From assembly GCA_050012255.1 (NCBI GenBank), contig JBEKHN010000019.1, positions 1 through 37,315 on the forward strand: a DNA stretch of 37,315 nucleotides, given 5' to 3'. Below the pieces are notes generated by a model. The model was not told where the DNA came from. It saw only the letters and a list, made by a program, of their open reading frames with translations, and did no database searches. This document shows, one piece after another, positions 20,864-30,185 of the stretch; the first letter of the stretch is position 1; each line of letters opens with the position of its first letter. A program made the translations under genes and the position numbers. Source of the DNA: Candidatus Bathyarchaeia archaeon (GTDB lineage: Archaea; Thermoproteota; Bathyarchaeia; Bathyarchaeales; Bathycorpusculaceae).

Positions 20864-21181
20864 GGGTAACTCGAATCCGAGCAAATGGAGATTTCTCTCA
20901 CAAATCCCCTTTTTTCTCTTTACCACACTCGCTTGCTACCTATTTTTCCGCAAAATTCTACGTCACACTCTAATTTGGTAACACTGATTTAAAATTGCGA
21001 ATTTTCCCTAGCGCGCAAAGGCAGCGCGCGCTTGTCAGGGCGACGTTCAAACTCTCGACAATGAGAGAACGAATTGTCTTAGTCGGTAGAGGAAAAGGTC
21101 AAGAGGTCACTTCGAGGATGACTTCGTCGTAGCCTAGCCTTGCTGAAACTCGGAAAGGCCTTAAAAGAAGAGTTAGACGCG

Positions 21182-21292
21182 CGCGAATATTTGATTCCGA
21201 TGTTAGAGAAGATGGACATTAAGTGCGAAATTCCTTTGAAGAATCTCGGCATTGGCAGGCAACTAGCTTGGTACAAAAAGCATTATTGCTGA
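21182..21292 (+). pseudogene. C-terminal gene fragment, DUF6884-like
   Basis: REYLIPMLEKMDIKCEIPLKNLGIGRQLAWYKKHYC*; family recognised from memory of the PLxxLGIGxQLAWY ending. Confidence 0.5.
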
Positions 21293-21390
21293 GCGCGTGC
21301 GCGTGTTTAGCCTAATCTTAGGGCTCCTGCAGCTCCTTCCCCGTAAAACATATCTTTTGGTTAAACCATACATGACGTGAAGAAATAGTA

Positions 21391-23073
21391 TTGTTAAAGA
21401 GAGCAGTTTCTGGAATAATTCTGACATTGCTGTTAACGGGCATGTTAACGTTGGCATTTAACATTCAACCAGTTAAAGCAAGTGGAACGATTTACATTAG
21501 GGCTGACGGCTCAGTGGACCCGCCAGACGCACCAATCACAACCTTAGACAACGTGACATACACGCTAACAGAAAATATTAATATTACAAGTTCTGACGAT
21601 GGAATTATTCTAGAAAGAGACAACATAATAATTGATGGAAATGGATACACAGTTCAAGGGTCAGTAACATTTTTTTCCAGAGGAATAATCCTGACGGGAA
21701 GAAGCAACGTAACAATCAAGAACACGAGAATTACGACATTCCATTATGGCATTACGACATTAGGTTATGAGCCCGAGATCGATTCGTGTTCTTATGGCAA
21801 CATTAGCGGAAACAACGTAGCAAACAACGTGGACGGCATCTATCTCAGTAGTTCTTCTGGCTACAGCATTAGCGGAAACAACATAACAGCAAACAACATG
21901 TGGGGCATCAGGCTCGCTTTTTCTTCTGGCAACAGTATCAGCGGAAACAACATGACAGCAAACGGCTGGGCTGGCATCTATCTCGAGTCTTGTTCTGGCA
22001 ACAGCATTAGCGGAAACAACATAGCAAACAACGGGCATGGCGTCCAGTTATACGGGTCTTCAAGCAATACTATGGCTGGAAATAACATAACAAACAACGG
22101 GTATGGCATCATGCTCGATTGGGCTTCTCCTGGCAACAAGCTTTATCATAACAACTTCAACAACACTAACCAAGTCTGTTCTTCAGACTCAATGAATGTT
22201 TGGGATGACGACTATCCAAGCGGTGGTAACTACTGGAGCGACTACGTTGGCGTTGACCTTTATCATGGACTCTATCAGAATGAGACCGGTAGCGATGGTA
22301 TAGGAGATATTCCCTGCATTATTGATGAAAATAATCAGGACAACTATCCTTTGATGGAGCCTTGGAGTCCTGTTGAAGTTGTTAACGCTACTATCGATAT
22401 TGACCCTGGTACTCTGAACTTGAGGAGCAGGGGTAAGTGGATTACTTGCTACGTTGAGCTTCCTAAGGGCTACAACGTAAGTGATATTAACGTTACCTCG
22501 GTTATGCTGAATGACACGGTTCCTGTCTATCCCAAGGCGCACGCTATAGGAGACTATGATGAAGACGGCATCCCAGACTTGATGGTTAAATTTGACAGAG
22601 CTGAAGTCATAGACTACATAATGGCTAATGTTAACATGACTGAACTGTTTGAAGAAAAGCTCATGACAGTTACATTAACCATAACTGGTAAACTCAATGA
22701 TGGAACACCACTCCAAGGGAATACAAAAATCAGAATAATAGCGCGCGCGGGGCTTCCAAGAATCAATAGCAAGATATCTTTTAACCTATCGCCAAACCCC
22801 GCATTAACCGGGCAAACAATCACTTTAACCGGCAATCTCAAGAACCAGCTTGGCAATGCGATAGGCAATGCTCCCATTGAAGTGTATTACAGCATAGACA
22901 ACGGTCTCAATTGGATATACGCAGGAGCAATACGAACGAACTCTACTGGCTGGTTCAGTGCCAAAGGAAAGCTCACAATCGTTGGCATCTTTCCAATCGC
23001 AGTTGTCTACCGAGGCAACTTCAGATACAGCCAAAGCTACCAAATAGAGAAGCTAACGGTCAAATTGCCGTAG
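21391..23073 (+). CDS. Secreted parallel beta-helix (NosD/CASH-like) protein with appended Ig-like domain
   Basis: Signal peptide, GTIYIRADGSVDP, repeated SGNSISGNNITAN units, GGNYWSDY...DGIGD...DNYPL, PDLMVKFDR. Confidence 0.85.
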   Translation: MLKRAVSGIILTLLLTGMLTLAFNIQPVKASGTIYIRADGSVDPPDAPITTLDNVTYTLTENINITSSDDGIILERDNIIIDGNGYTVQGSVTFFSRGIILTGRSNVTIKNTRITTFHYGITTLGYEPEIDSCSYGNISGNNVANNVDGIYLSSSSGYSISGNNITANNMWGIRLAFSSGNSISGNNMTANGWAGIYLESCSGNSISGNNIANNGHGVQLYGSSSNTMAGNNITNNGYGIMLDWASPGNKLYHNNFNNTNQVCSSDSMNVWDDDYPSGGNYWSDYVGVDLYHGLYQNETGSDGIGDIPCIIDENNQDNYPLMEPWSPVEVVNATIDIDPGTLNLRSRGKWITCYVELPKGYNVSDINVTSVMLNDTVPVYPKAHAIGDYDEDGIPDLMVKFDRAEVIDYIMANVNMTELFEEKLMTVTLTITGKLNDGTPLQGNTKIRIIARAGLPRINSKISFNLSPNPALTGQTITLTGNLKNQLGNAIGNAPIEVYYSIDNGLNWIYAGAIRTNSTGWFSAKGKLTIVGIFPIAVVYRGNFRYSQSYQIEKLTVKLP

Positions 23074-23317
23074 CATGCACTAAGAAATCAGTCTATCTTT
23101 CTGGTTCGCTTTGCCGACGAGCCAGTTTAGTCCGATAACTGACGCGATAGAAAGGAGACCCACAAGCGCGCGCATTCTACTCCCTCGAATCAAACGCAAA
23201 ATGTGCAAACAACATAACACAGCGCGCGCGCTTAGGACGCACGTCGATTAAATAGTCAAATGCAACACGTTTGACGGTAGTTAGCGAAACGCCGTGATGA
23301 ATGTAAGGGGCGTTCAT

Positions 23318-23779
23318 ATGAAAGTTAAGTGGAAGATACGGCGTCATATTAAGCCAGGGGATATAGGGTATCTCACTTATCTTCATGGAATCTTGTATGC
23401 AAAAGAATATGGCTACGACCAAACATTCGAAGCGTATGTTGCAGGTGGGCTTGCAGAATTTGTTCAATCGTTCAGACCCGCCAAAGATCAAATTTGGCTG
23501 GCAGAGACAAACGGTCGAATTATTGGTTCCATCGTCATTGTCGGGCACTCAAAAGTAGATGCTCAACTTCGCTGGTTCCTCGTTCATCCTGACTATCGAG
23601 GGCTTGGTATTGGCAAAGAGCTCCTGAAGGACGCGCTTCAGTTCTGTAAGGAGTGCAAGTACAAAACCATATTCCTCTGGACAACAAACGAACTAATAGA
23701 GGCTGGTCATCTCTACACATGCTTCGGCTTCAGTAAAACCGAGAGGAAAACGCACAAAATTAGCGCGCGCGCTACATAG
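23318..23779 (+). CDS. GNAT family N-acetyltransferase, C-terminus apparently truncated
   Basis: AQLRWFLVHPDYRGLGIGKELL, FLWT, AGHLY..FGF; ends abruptly ...THKISARAT in a (GC)5 tract. Confidence 0.85.
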   Translation: MKVKWKIRRHIKPGDIGYLTYLHGILYAKEYGYDQTFEAYVAGGLAEFVQSFRPAKDQIWLAETNGRIIGSIVIVGHSKVDAQLRWFLVHPDYRGLGIGKELLKDALQFCKECKYKTIFLWTTNELIEAGHLYTCFGFSKTERKTHKISARAT

Positions 23780-23803
23780 ACAACAATTTGAGGAAGACGG
23801 AGT

Positions 23804-24163
23804 TTGACGAAGAAAAAAAGCAAGACCCGTCGATGGATGGAAAAAAACAGCGTGGGCCTTCTGGAGGTAGTTGTTACAATTATCATCGGATTGCTGACAA
23901 TCAATTATTCAAGAACAGTTGTAATAATAAACCAGACATACGTGCCACCTGCCGCGCAGGCTAGCTGGCATACGGTGGAAAGTTGGCAATTGGGAGCCTC
24001 AGCAACGGCAACCACACAAACACTTACATTTGATTGGGCGGGATTCTTGGGAGACGTTTCTTGGTGTGTTACATTAGGTGTTGCAGGTCTAATCGGGCTA
24101 TACCGCTGGAAAAACTATCATTGGAAGACGGTAAATTGGCGCGCGCTAATGAATGCTCACTAA
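23804..24163 (+). CDS. Small membrane protein, possibly chimeric or truncated
   Basis: Two hydrophobic segments; the 3' end runs through the (GC)4 tract at 24139. Confidence 0.5.
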   Translation: MTKKKSKTRRWMEKNSVGLLEVVVTIIIGLLTINYSRTVVIINQTYVPPAAQASWHTVESWQLGASATATTQTLTFDWAGFLGDVSWCVTLGVAGLIGLYRWKNYHWKTVNWRALMNAH

Positions 24164-24660
24164 TGTTTTCTTCGGAGCCAGAATATCCATTGAGCCAATA
24201 TGAACCCGAATGTTGCGATTGTCGAAAAGATAATGACCAAGCCTGTGAAGGGATTTATGTATGCTTCGAATTCGACAGTAGGACCAACTAACCTACCCCC
24301 GATCAAGACATTGATTATCACAAGTAAGAATATGCTCAAGTACAAACCAACAGCCAAAAATGTTCTTGCACCCAACAAGATCGCTTCTCTTTTCGATTTT
24401 AGAAACCAAAAATAGCAAAGAATTGCACCTAGTAACGAGAATGAAGAATATATGCCAAACTCTGAGATAATGTAGCCATAACTAAGAAACGGAATCCCGA
24501 AGAAGTTCGTCATGCCCGCATGGTTAACTATTGTCAATACATCGTTTGGCATAGTTAGAACAATAGAATACATGACAAATACAAAACCGAGAATGACAAC
24601 AGCGATCTCGATTTCAACTCTATAGGATTCGCTTATGGTGGTTTCTTTCTTTGTTGGCAT
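24160..24660 (-). CDS. Hypothetical 4-TM membrane protein
   Basis: Four hydrophobic segments; GAGGA before ATG; AT-rich. Confidence 0.7.
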   Translation of the reverse strand: MPTKKETTISESYRVEIEIAVVILGFVFVMYSIVLTMPNDVLTIVNHAGMTNFFGIPFLSYGYIISEFGIYSSFSLLGAILCYFWFLKSKREAILLGARTFLAVGLYLSIFLLVIINVLIGGRLVGPTVEFEAYINPFTGLVIIFSTIATFGFILAQWIFWLRRKH

Positions 24661-24862
24661 AAATCCTCATAGAAGATAAATCTTGAAACCAACTATTAAC
24701 ACATTTTCTTTTCGCCACATAGCGTGCTTTGAAAACTTTAAGAAAAAAGAGTTTATGGCAAGGCGTACAGCTTCTTCGGTCTGCCTTCTTTCGGCTCGAG
24801 GCTTTTTCCCCTGTCATCCCCGATCTTCCGAACGGTTCCCCATGCCACTCCATATACTCACT

Positions 24863-24994
24863 CACACACTGTGCGAGTGTGTGGTCACTATGTATAGGTA
24901 GGTAGGTAGGGTGTGTGAGAGATTGTGTGCGTAGTAGAGAGTAGTAGAGAGCGAGTGTGTGTGCTTAGGGGTAAAGTTTTACCCAACCAACCAA
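24863..24994. repeat. Low-complexity microrepeat block
   Basis: CACACACT/AGTGTGTG hairpin, (TAGG)4, (GTAGTAGAGA)2, GGGTAAA-GT-TTTACCC, (CCAA)3. Confidence 0.7.
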
Positions 24995-25037
24995 CACATG
25001 ACAAAACTTTTTCCAAGAGGCAAACCAAAAGTAATCA

Positions 25038-25277
25038 GCACCTCGCTGATCGCGAGGTGCCTGCAAAGCAAGAGGCAGGGTGCCACCCTTCGTCACCTAC
25101 GCCCCTATAACGAAGCAGGTCACCTAATACGGGGCTTTGGTGACTACGGGTGGCTGGTAAGAGGCTACGTGAACGTGCTGTGAGAAAAGAGGCTACCTAT
25201 TACGCACGTTCGCTCTCACAAAGAAAGAAAGCAATTCAAGACGCTATATTCCAAGAGGCTACTCTTGACGCTATATT
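25038..25277. ncRNA. Candidate structured non-coding RNA or ssDNA element
   Basis: 9-bp hairpin, three-way junction with complementary loops, 10-bp stem, three AAGAGGCTAC copies; strand not determined. Confidence 0.5.
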
Positions 25278-25384
25278 ATAGTGCTAAAGAAAGAAAGTAG
25301 ACAGCAGGGCAAAAGAGGGGTAGAAAAGCGTAAAACGGGAAAAACTGTTAGAAGTTAAATCTATAAGACAAAACAACAACATGT

Positions 25385-26080
25385 TTGAACATGAATCATC
25401 GCAAAGCTCTTTCACTCTCAATATCGGTAGTGCTTTTGGTAATCTTTATAGTGCTGGTCTATTTCTATCGGTCATCTTTTGAATTCCTTTCGATTTTTGT
25501 AAGAGATGCATTGTGGGCAAGCGTTCTTGTCACGGTTGTGCTGGTAATCATAAACACTTTCTATGCAATGCAAACAAGACAGACAATTAAAGAGATGGAA
25601 AAAGCAAGGAAAGCCGATTTCCTTCCACACGTCAGAGCCGAGTTGAGTTTTCTAGGTCCAGTTTTTTTGATTCTGAAGGCAACTAACTTCGGCAAAGGAC
25701 CAGCTACTGACATTAGAACCGAAATCACTTTTCTACCTTCAAATGAAAAAAGGGTCTGGCAACAGGCAATTATGTCACCTAATGAATTCATTCGCATTCT
25801 ACTGCCAGATGGAAATCTGGCAAAGGTATTGGAGAGGTCTGCGGAAATCACTGCGAAGGGAGAATACAAGGATGTTTTCGGTCAAACCTTCAAAATAGAT
25901 GAAAGAATGGACGTAAAGGCATTCATTGATGAAGCTACACAACTTCGACCCATTCTAGAGAGGGACCTTGCCAGACTTGTTGAAGATATAAAAGACAAGT
26001 TAGACGGTATAGAGCGAGAATTACATGATATACGGTTACAATTGGAAACCAGAAGAATAGCAGAAACGGAAGAGCTGTGA
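25385..26080 (+). CDS. Hypothetical protein with two N-terminal TM helices and C-terminal coiled coil
   Basis: 231-aa ORF; TM-TM-YAMQTRQT..EM...NFGKGPA pattern. Confidence 0.75.
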   Translation: MNMNHRKALSLSISVVLLVIFIVLVYFYRSSFEFLSIFVRDALWASVLVTVVLVIINTFYAMQTRQTIKEMEKARKADFLPHVRAELSFLGPVFLILKATNFGKGPATDIRTEITFLPSNEKRVWQQAIMSPNEFIRILLPDGNLAKVLERSAEITAKGEYKDVFGQTFKIDERMDVKAFIDEATQLRPILERDLARLVEDIKDKLDGIERELHDIRLQLETRRIAETEEL

Positions 26081-26086
26081 CACCGA

Positions 26087-26333
26087 ATGGACAAAGAGGA
26101 TAGAGAGTTTCAGCTCGAACTAACAAGACTTCAATTAATATTTGAATGGTTTTTTGCGGTACTTGTTGGTATGTTCAATCTTTTATGGGCTACTGTCTTT
26201 CTACCGAGATAACCCTGCTATGTTCTTGGGTACAAACGCGATGATAGTTCTGATTATGGCTCTTCTTGTCGTGACTTATAGATTAATGGACTATAAATTC
26301 AAACAAATAAGAAAGAGCTACATCGAGAGCTAG
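26087..26333 (+). pseudogene. Small membrane protein gene, probably frameshifted
   Basis: MDKEDREFQLELTRLQLIFEWFFAVLVGMF in one frame continues as SIFYGLL...KFKQIRKSYIES* in another; shift near 26175. Confidence 0.45.
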
Positions 26334-26393
26334 CATTTTCCGTTTCTAGCGCGTGCGCTAAGTGTTTTAAGAACGGAAAGTCTATTCTAACAC

Positions 26394-26843
26394 ATGAAAA
26401 AAGAATTTGAATGGACAAATCACGAAGCTGTCAAGAATGCAGTTAAAGAGTGGTTGAAAAACCGAAGATATTTTGAAATCCTTCCTGCAAAAACATGGCT
26501 CAATCCTTTGAACATTGATGTCCTCACAAGAAAGACTTGTCCAGAAGAACTGTACCTCTTTGAATTATATGAAATAAAGGTGAAAAGAGATAACCTTCAG
26601 GTAGCACCTTATCAACTAGAAACCTGTAGAATACGACTTGAAGACCAAGGTGCTACTAGATGCTATGTTGTTGTGCCACACTGGCTTTTAGACCAACTAG
26701 ACAATTGCGGTGAATATCCTTTTTTCATTGCAGCAATGAAACGATTTGGATATGGCATAATAACCGTTAGTCCTGCGCTTATTCCGACCGAATTTGTGAA
26801 ACCTCTTACTTTCAAGAGAGTCAAAGAAGCTACATGGAAATAG
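26394..26843 (+). CDS. PD-(D/E)XK nuclease-like protein
   Basis: HEAVK..VKEWL...IDVL...YEIK...YQL pattern, followed by YVVVP and GIITV strands. Confidence 0.6.
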   Translation: MKKEFEWTNHEAVKNAVKEWLKNRRYFEILPAKTWLNPLNIDVLTRKTCPEELYLFELYEIKVKRDNLQVAPYQLETCRIRLEDQGATRCYVVVPHWLLDQLDNCGEYPFFIAAMKRFGYGIITVSPALIPTEFVKPLTFKRVKEATWK

Positions 26844-27008
26844 TCTAAACCATTTCTTGAGATTCTTTTCCTCTTCTATTCAGAATTCAGAAAGGGAGCC
26901 TTTCTAAGGCACGGAATAACGTTTAATAGCCTATTAGCCTTTATCCTTCTAGGAGAAGGAGAGAATGAAGACTAAAACGGTAAAGGTGGCTCTAGATAGC
27001 GCGCGCGC

Positions 27009-27281
27009 ATTTAGGGGGACACAATACCGAGCCTTATACTTCTTGCCGACCCTTTCTGGAAAGAGCCAGTTTAGAACAGAGAAGTAAACGTGACGAGGCC
27101 TGAGTTTCCGACAGTAAAACTTCAAGTCCCTGGCTGATAGGCGATTTTTGAACCTGTTTAGTTTGACGAATCGGCCTTCGCCAAGCGAAACCCGGAAATG
27201 CTTCCGGCTTAGGTTCCAGAGGCTGGGCACTTGGAGGGGATAGTCTACATAGAACCTTTGGATTTCGCTAGGTGAGAGCAA
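27009..27281 (-). pseudogene. N-terminal fragment of a second PriS-like primase copy
   Basis: MLSPSEIQRFY...YCVPLN closely matches 20722-20452; similarity stops at the (GC)5 tract 26999-27008, before the catalytic DxD. Confidence 0.85.
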
Positions 27282-27321
27282 GGTTCGTCATCCAAATAGA
27301 AGACCGCGCGCGCTTTCGATT

Positions 27322-27333
27322 CTCACCGGTGAG
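27322..27333. repeat. 12-bp palindrome CTCACCGGTGAG (also 31189-31200; 10/12 variant 16805-16816)
   Basis: Direct sequence match; each copy lies near a (GC)4 tract. Confidence 0.75.
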
Positions 27334-27818
27334 TAAAAGTGATTTTGGAGTTTTGTATGGTAAGGTTCAAAGGTTAGCAAGCGCGCATGCGTGTTCCTAA
27401 AATGGTCAAAAATGGTTTTAATTCGGTTTTGCCCGTTTCTCCTGTGTTCGAGGAAGACAAAATCCCCAAAGAAATCAAGAACAGACACGAAGCCCAAAGC
27501 CGTCCCCAGATGATGAAGTGCGAAGGCGCGCGCGCCATAGATTATTGAAGTTATCTTTTCAATATGTTTTTCCAGATGTTTCAAGCAGTTTTACCATTGA
27601 CAGGAATTCTGATGCTTCAATTGGAACAATTTTATAACCTTTGTTTATGGCTTGAGTAATGAGATTAGTAGCGCGAGCTATGTTCCACAAATCTTAAATA
27701 AAGTTCTCGCACAAAGAGACACTTATCCTATGTTTTGGAATGTCGTTTAGCGAAAAATGAACTTCTTCTCGAACATAGGAGAAAAATGAATAGCGTAGAG
27801 AAGGGAGAAAAAGGAAAA

Positions 27819-29990
27819 ATGAGAGAAAGCTCAAAACTGGGAATTCTGCTTTTAGCTTTGCTGGTGATGAGCCTTTTTGCAGGCGCCTATTTTGTTTCAG
27901 GTACATCCGATTCTTCAATGATAGCCGATAAAGCGAGGTCAAATCATCCTTCGCCGAATGAACAAGTGACAGTCTCAGACCCAACAGCCGAAAAGCCCCT
28001 GACGAATATTATTGTCGATTCCGATGCACCGCAATTTGCCTCAGACAATGACGTTGCGGGCTCATCGGGTTCTGGCTGGAAACCCGACGTAAACATAGTG
28101 CCTGGAAGCATCTACACGGCGAGAGATGAGGTTAATCCCTCAATTGCCACGTACATTGATTCGTCAACAGGAGCGGTTACTCTGTGGGCTGCGATGCAGA
28201 GTTGGGATTCATACTATTCCCACTGGTTCCTATGGGTCTTTGCTTCTAACGATAGAGGAGCCACGTGGTGGCAACGTGGCGCAGCCGCTTGGGTTTCGAA
28301 CCGAAGCATCATCAACCCTTCAATAGCAGTCAGTCCTTACAACGGAACAGTCTTCGTCGCCGTTCAAAACACCGCGTTCGGAGGATCTACAAACGACATA
28401 CAAATCCATGTTATCTCTCCAGTAGCTCTTGGCCCATGGGCATCGTATAATATTGACGCTGATGCTGACGATGACCTCTCTCCGCAACTGGTTTCGGAAT
28501 ACGGCTGGGGAACTGGCAACTGGTTGCACGTTTCTTATGAGAGGTACGTGACTTATGACGACCGCGACCTATGCTATGGAAACTCGGGAGACTGGGGCAA
28601 AACATGGTCAACGAAAGTGTTACAAGGTGCGGTAGGCACCCCTGGAGCAGCCGATGTATTCACTCAAAGTGACATCGCATTTGTGCAAGACAACGTATAC
28701 GTGGCCTACAGGCACTCAATCGACTACAATACACAAGGAATCATAGAAGTTATGTACTCCACTAATTTTGGCGGCACATTTAAAATACCCGTTAAAGTCA
28801 GTCCCACAAAAAACACTAATGCTCGGTGGCCAACCGTAATAGGCTCTCACAAAGGACCTTGGAACGAGCCAACCACAATGTGGATTGCTTATCAAAATGC
28901 CAGTGGCAGCCCCACCTACGGCGACGTTTTTGCTTGTTGGAGTAAGGACTTCGGTGATACATGGTCGTCTCCAGTAACAATAGCTGGCACTTCTTATGAT
29001 GAAGGGAAACCTCAGCTGAGCGTGGACGGAATGGGCACAGAAAACGGCAACGTACCTGGGTACATTCATCTTGTGTACTGGACAAGCGAAAACACCGCCT
29101 CCAGAACTAACGGTGTATACTACACGCAAATCGCTTACTTCGAGCCGACCTACGCTCCTGCCCCGCAGGTTTATCTCTTCGAAGAAGGCTGGTCAACCCC
29201 GAAAGGACAAATCATTGACAACAACGGGTACGCGAGTGCCACTTACAACACTCCGACAATCACCACTTTCACACGTACAGTTGCAGGAGAAACCCTTTGG
29301 GTGCCAGGCGTCGCATGGACAGACTTACGAAACCCCAACTACGATGTATACTTCACCACACTCGACACGATGTTCCGCGTTACCGTCTATCCTAGCACTC
29401 AGACTGTGGTCGCAGGCGGGTCACTATCGTACTACATCACGGTCACGCTAAACTCAGGCGCAACGGCAACAGCCACGCTGGACATCGTTGGACCAAACAC
29501 GTACCACCTGAGCAGCGCAAACGTGTGGGGCCACACCTTCAATCCGCCAACAGTCACACCAACTGCCACATCGCTCCTAACCTTCAATACCGCCAACTTC
29601 CTAGGTCCAGGAAGCTATTCCATCCGTGCATCCGCGGTCATAGGAGGCTACCGCCGCACCGCCGCTGTAACCTTTGTGGTGACGGCATCCCCGACCCTTA
29701 CACTGAACATCAATCCGTCCACGGTCGCAAGAGGCTCGCCACTAGCCATAAACGGGCAACTCACTCCTGGCATGGCCACGACAGTATACCTTTACTACAG
29801 ATATCCCCACGCAACTGGTTCATGGGCACTAGCCACTACCATACCAACCAACGCGGCTGGAGCCTACAGCGTAACCGCAACGGTTCCAATGAGCCTAACG
29901 CCCGGAATCTATGACCTAGTAGCGGTCTGGTTCAACCCAGCCAACGGCGCCTACACAGCTAGTCCCATAAGAGTACTAACAATAACATAG
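27819..29990 (+). CDS. Secreted BNR/Asp-box (sialidase-like propeller) protein with C-terminal Ig-like domains
   Basis: Signal peptide; SNDRGATW, SGDWGKTW, STNFGGTF, SKDFGDTW; T/V-rich beta-sandwich tail. Confidence 0.8.
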   Translation: MRESSKLGILLLALLVMSLFAGAYFVSGTSDSSMIADKARSNHPSPNEQVTVSDPTAEKPLTNIIVDSDAPQFASDNDVAGSSGSGWKPDVNIVPGSIYTARDEVNPSIATYIDSSTGAVTLWAAMQSWDSYYSHWFLWVFASNDRGATWWQRGAAAWVSNRSIINPSIAVSPYNGTVFVAVQNTAFGGSTNDIQIHVISPVALGPWASYNIDADADDDLSPQLVSEYGWGTGNWLHVSYERYVTYDDRDLCYGNSGDWGKTWSTKVLQGAVGTPGAADVFTQSDIAFVQDNVYVAYRHSIDYNTQGIIEVMYSTNFGGTFKIPVKVSPTKNTNARWPTVIGSHKGPWNEPTTMWIAYQNASGSPTYGDVFACWSKDFGDTWSSPVTIAGTSYDEGKPQLSVDGMGTENGNVPGYIHLVYWTSENTASRTNGVYYTQIAYFEPTYAPAPQVYLFEEGWSTPKGQIIDNNGYASATYNTPTITTFTRTVAGETLWVPGVAWTDLRNPNYDVYFTTLDTMFRVTVYPSTQTVVAGGSLSYYITVTLNSGATATATLDIVGPNTYHLSSANVWGHTFNPPTVTPTATSLLTFNTANFLGPGSYSIRASAVIGGYRRTAAVTFVVTASPTLTLNINPSTVARGSPLAINGQLTPGMATTVYLYYRYPHATGSWALATTIPTNAAGAYSVTATVPMSLTPGIYDLVAVWFNPANGAYTASPIRVLTIT

Positions 29991-30185
29991 CAAAAAGGTG
30001 CGCAACCCTAAGCCATCCCCCCATTTTTTCTCTGTATTGCCTAGAAAAGACCACTTCTCACTCGCAAACGTTGTACGTCGTCGTATGCCAGCTAAACTTT
30101 AACGAATTGGGGTTTTGGGTTTGGGGGTAAAGTTTTATTGCTGAAATGAGGTAGGGTAGACCACCTAGCAACGAGGTCATAGACA

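Noticed and set aside
25082-25154. Hammerhead ribozyme or purine riboswitch
   Set aside because: No CUGANGA/GAAA core on either strand and no purine-riboswitch junction consensus
24959-25183. 74-aa ORF (and 24925-25110) as a protein-coding gene
   Set aside because: No motifs; the dense base-pairing pattern explains the sequence better
25159-25277. CRISPR-like array from AAGAGGCTAC repeats
   Set aside because: Repeats are only 10 nt, irregularly spaced, and no cas genes are present
27288-27584. 98-aa ORF, and 31108-31389 / 31080-31364
   Set aside because: They cross several GC tracts and non-coding repeat modules, giving ARA-rich translations without protein-like features
30109-30127. G-quadruplex
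   Set aside because: Only three closely spaced G-runs; the fourth is about 26 nt away
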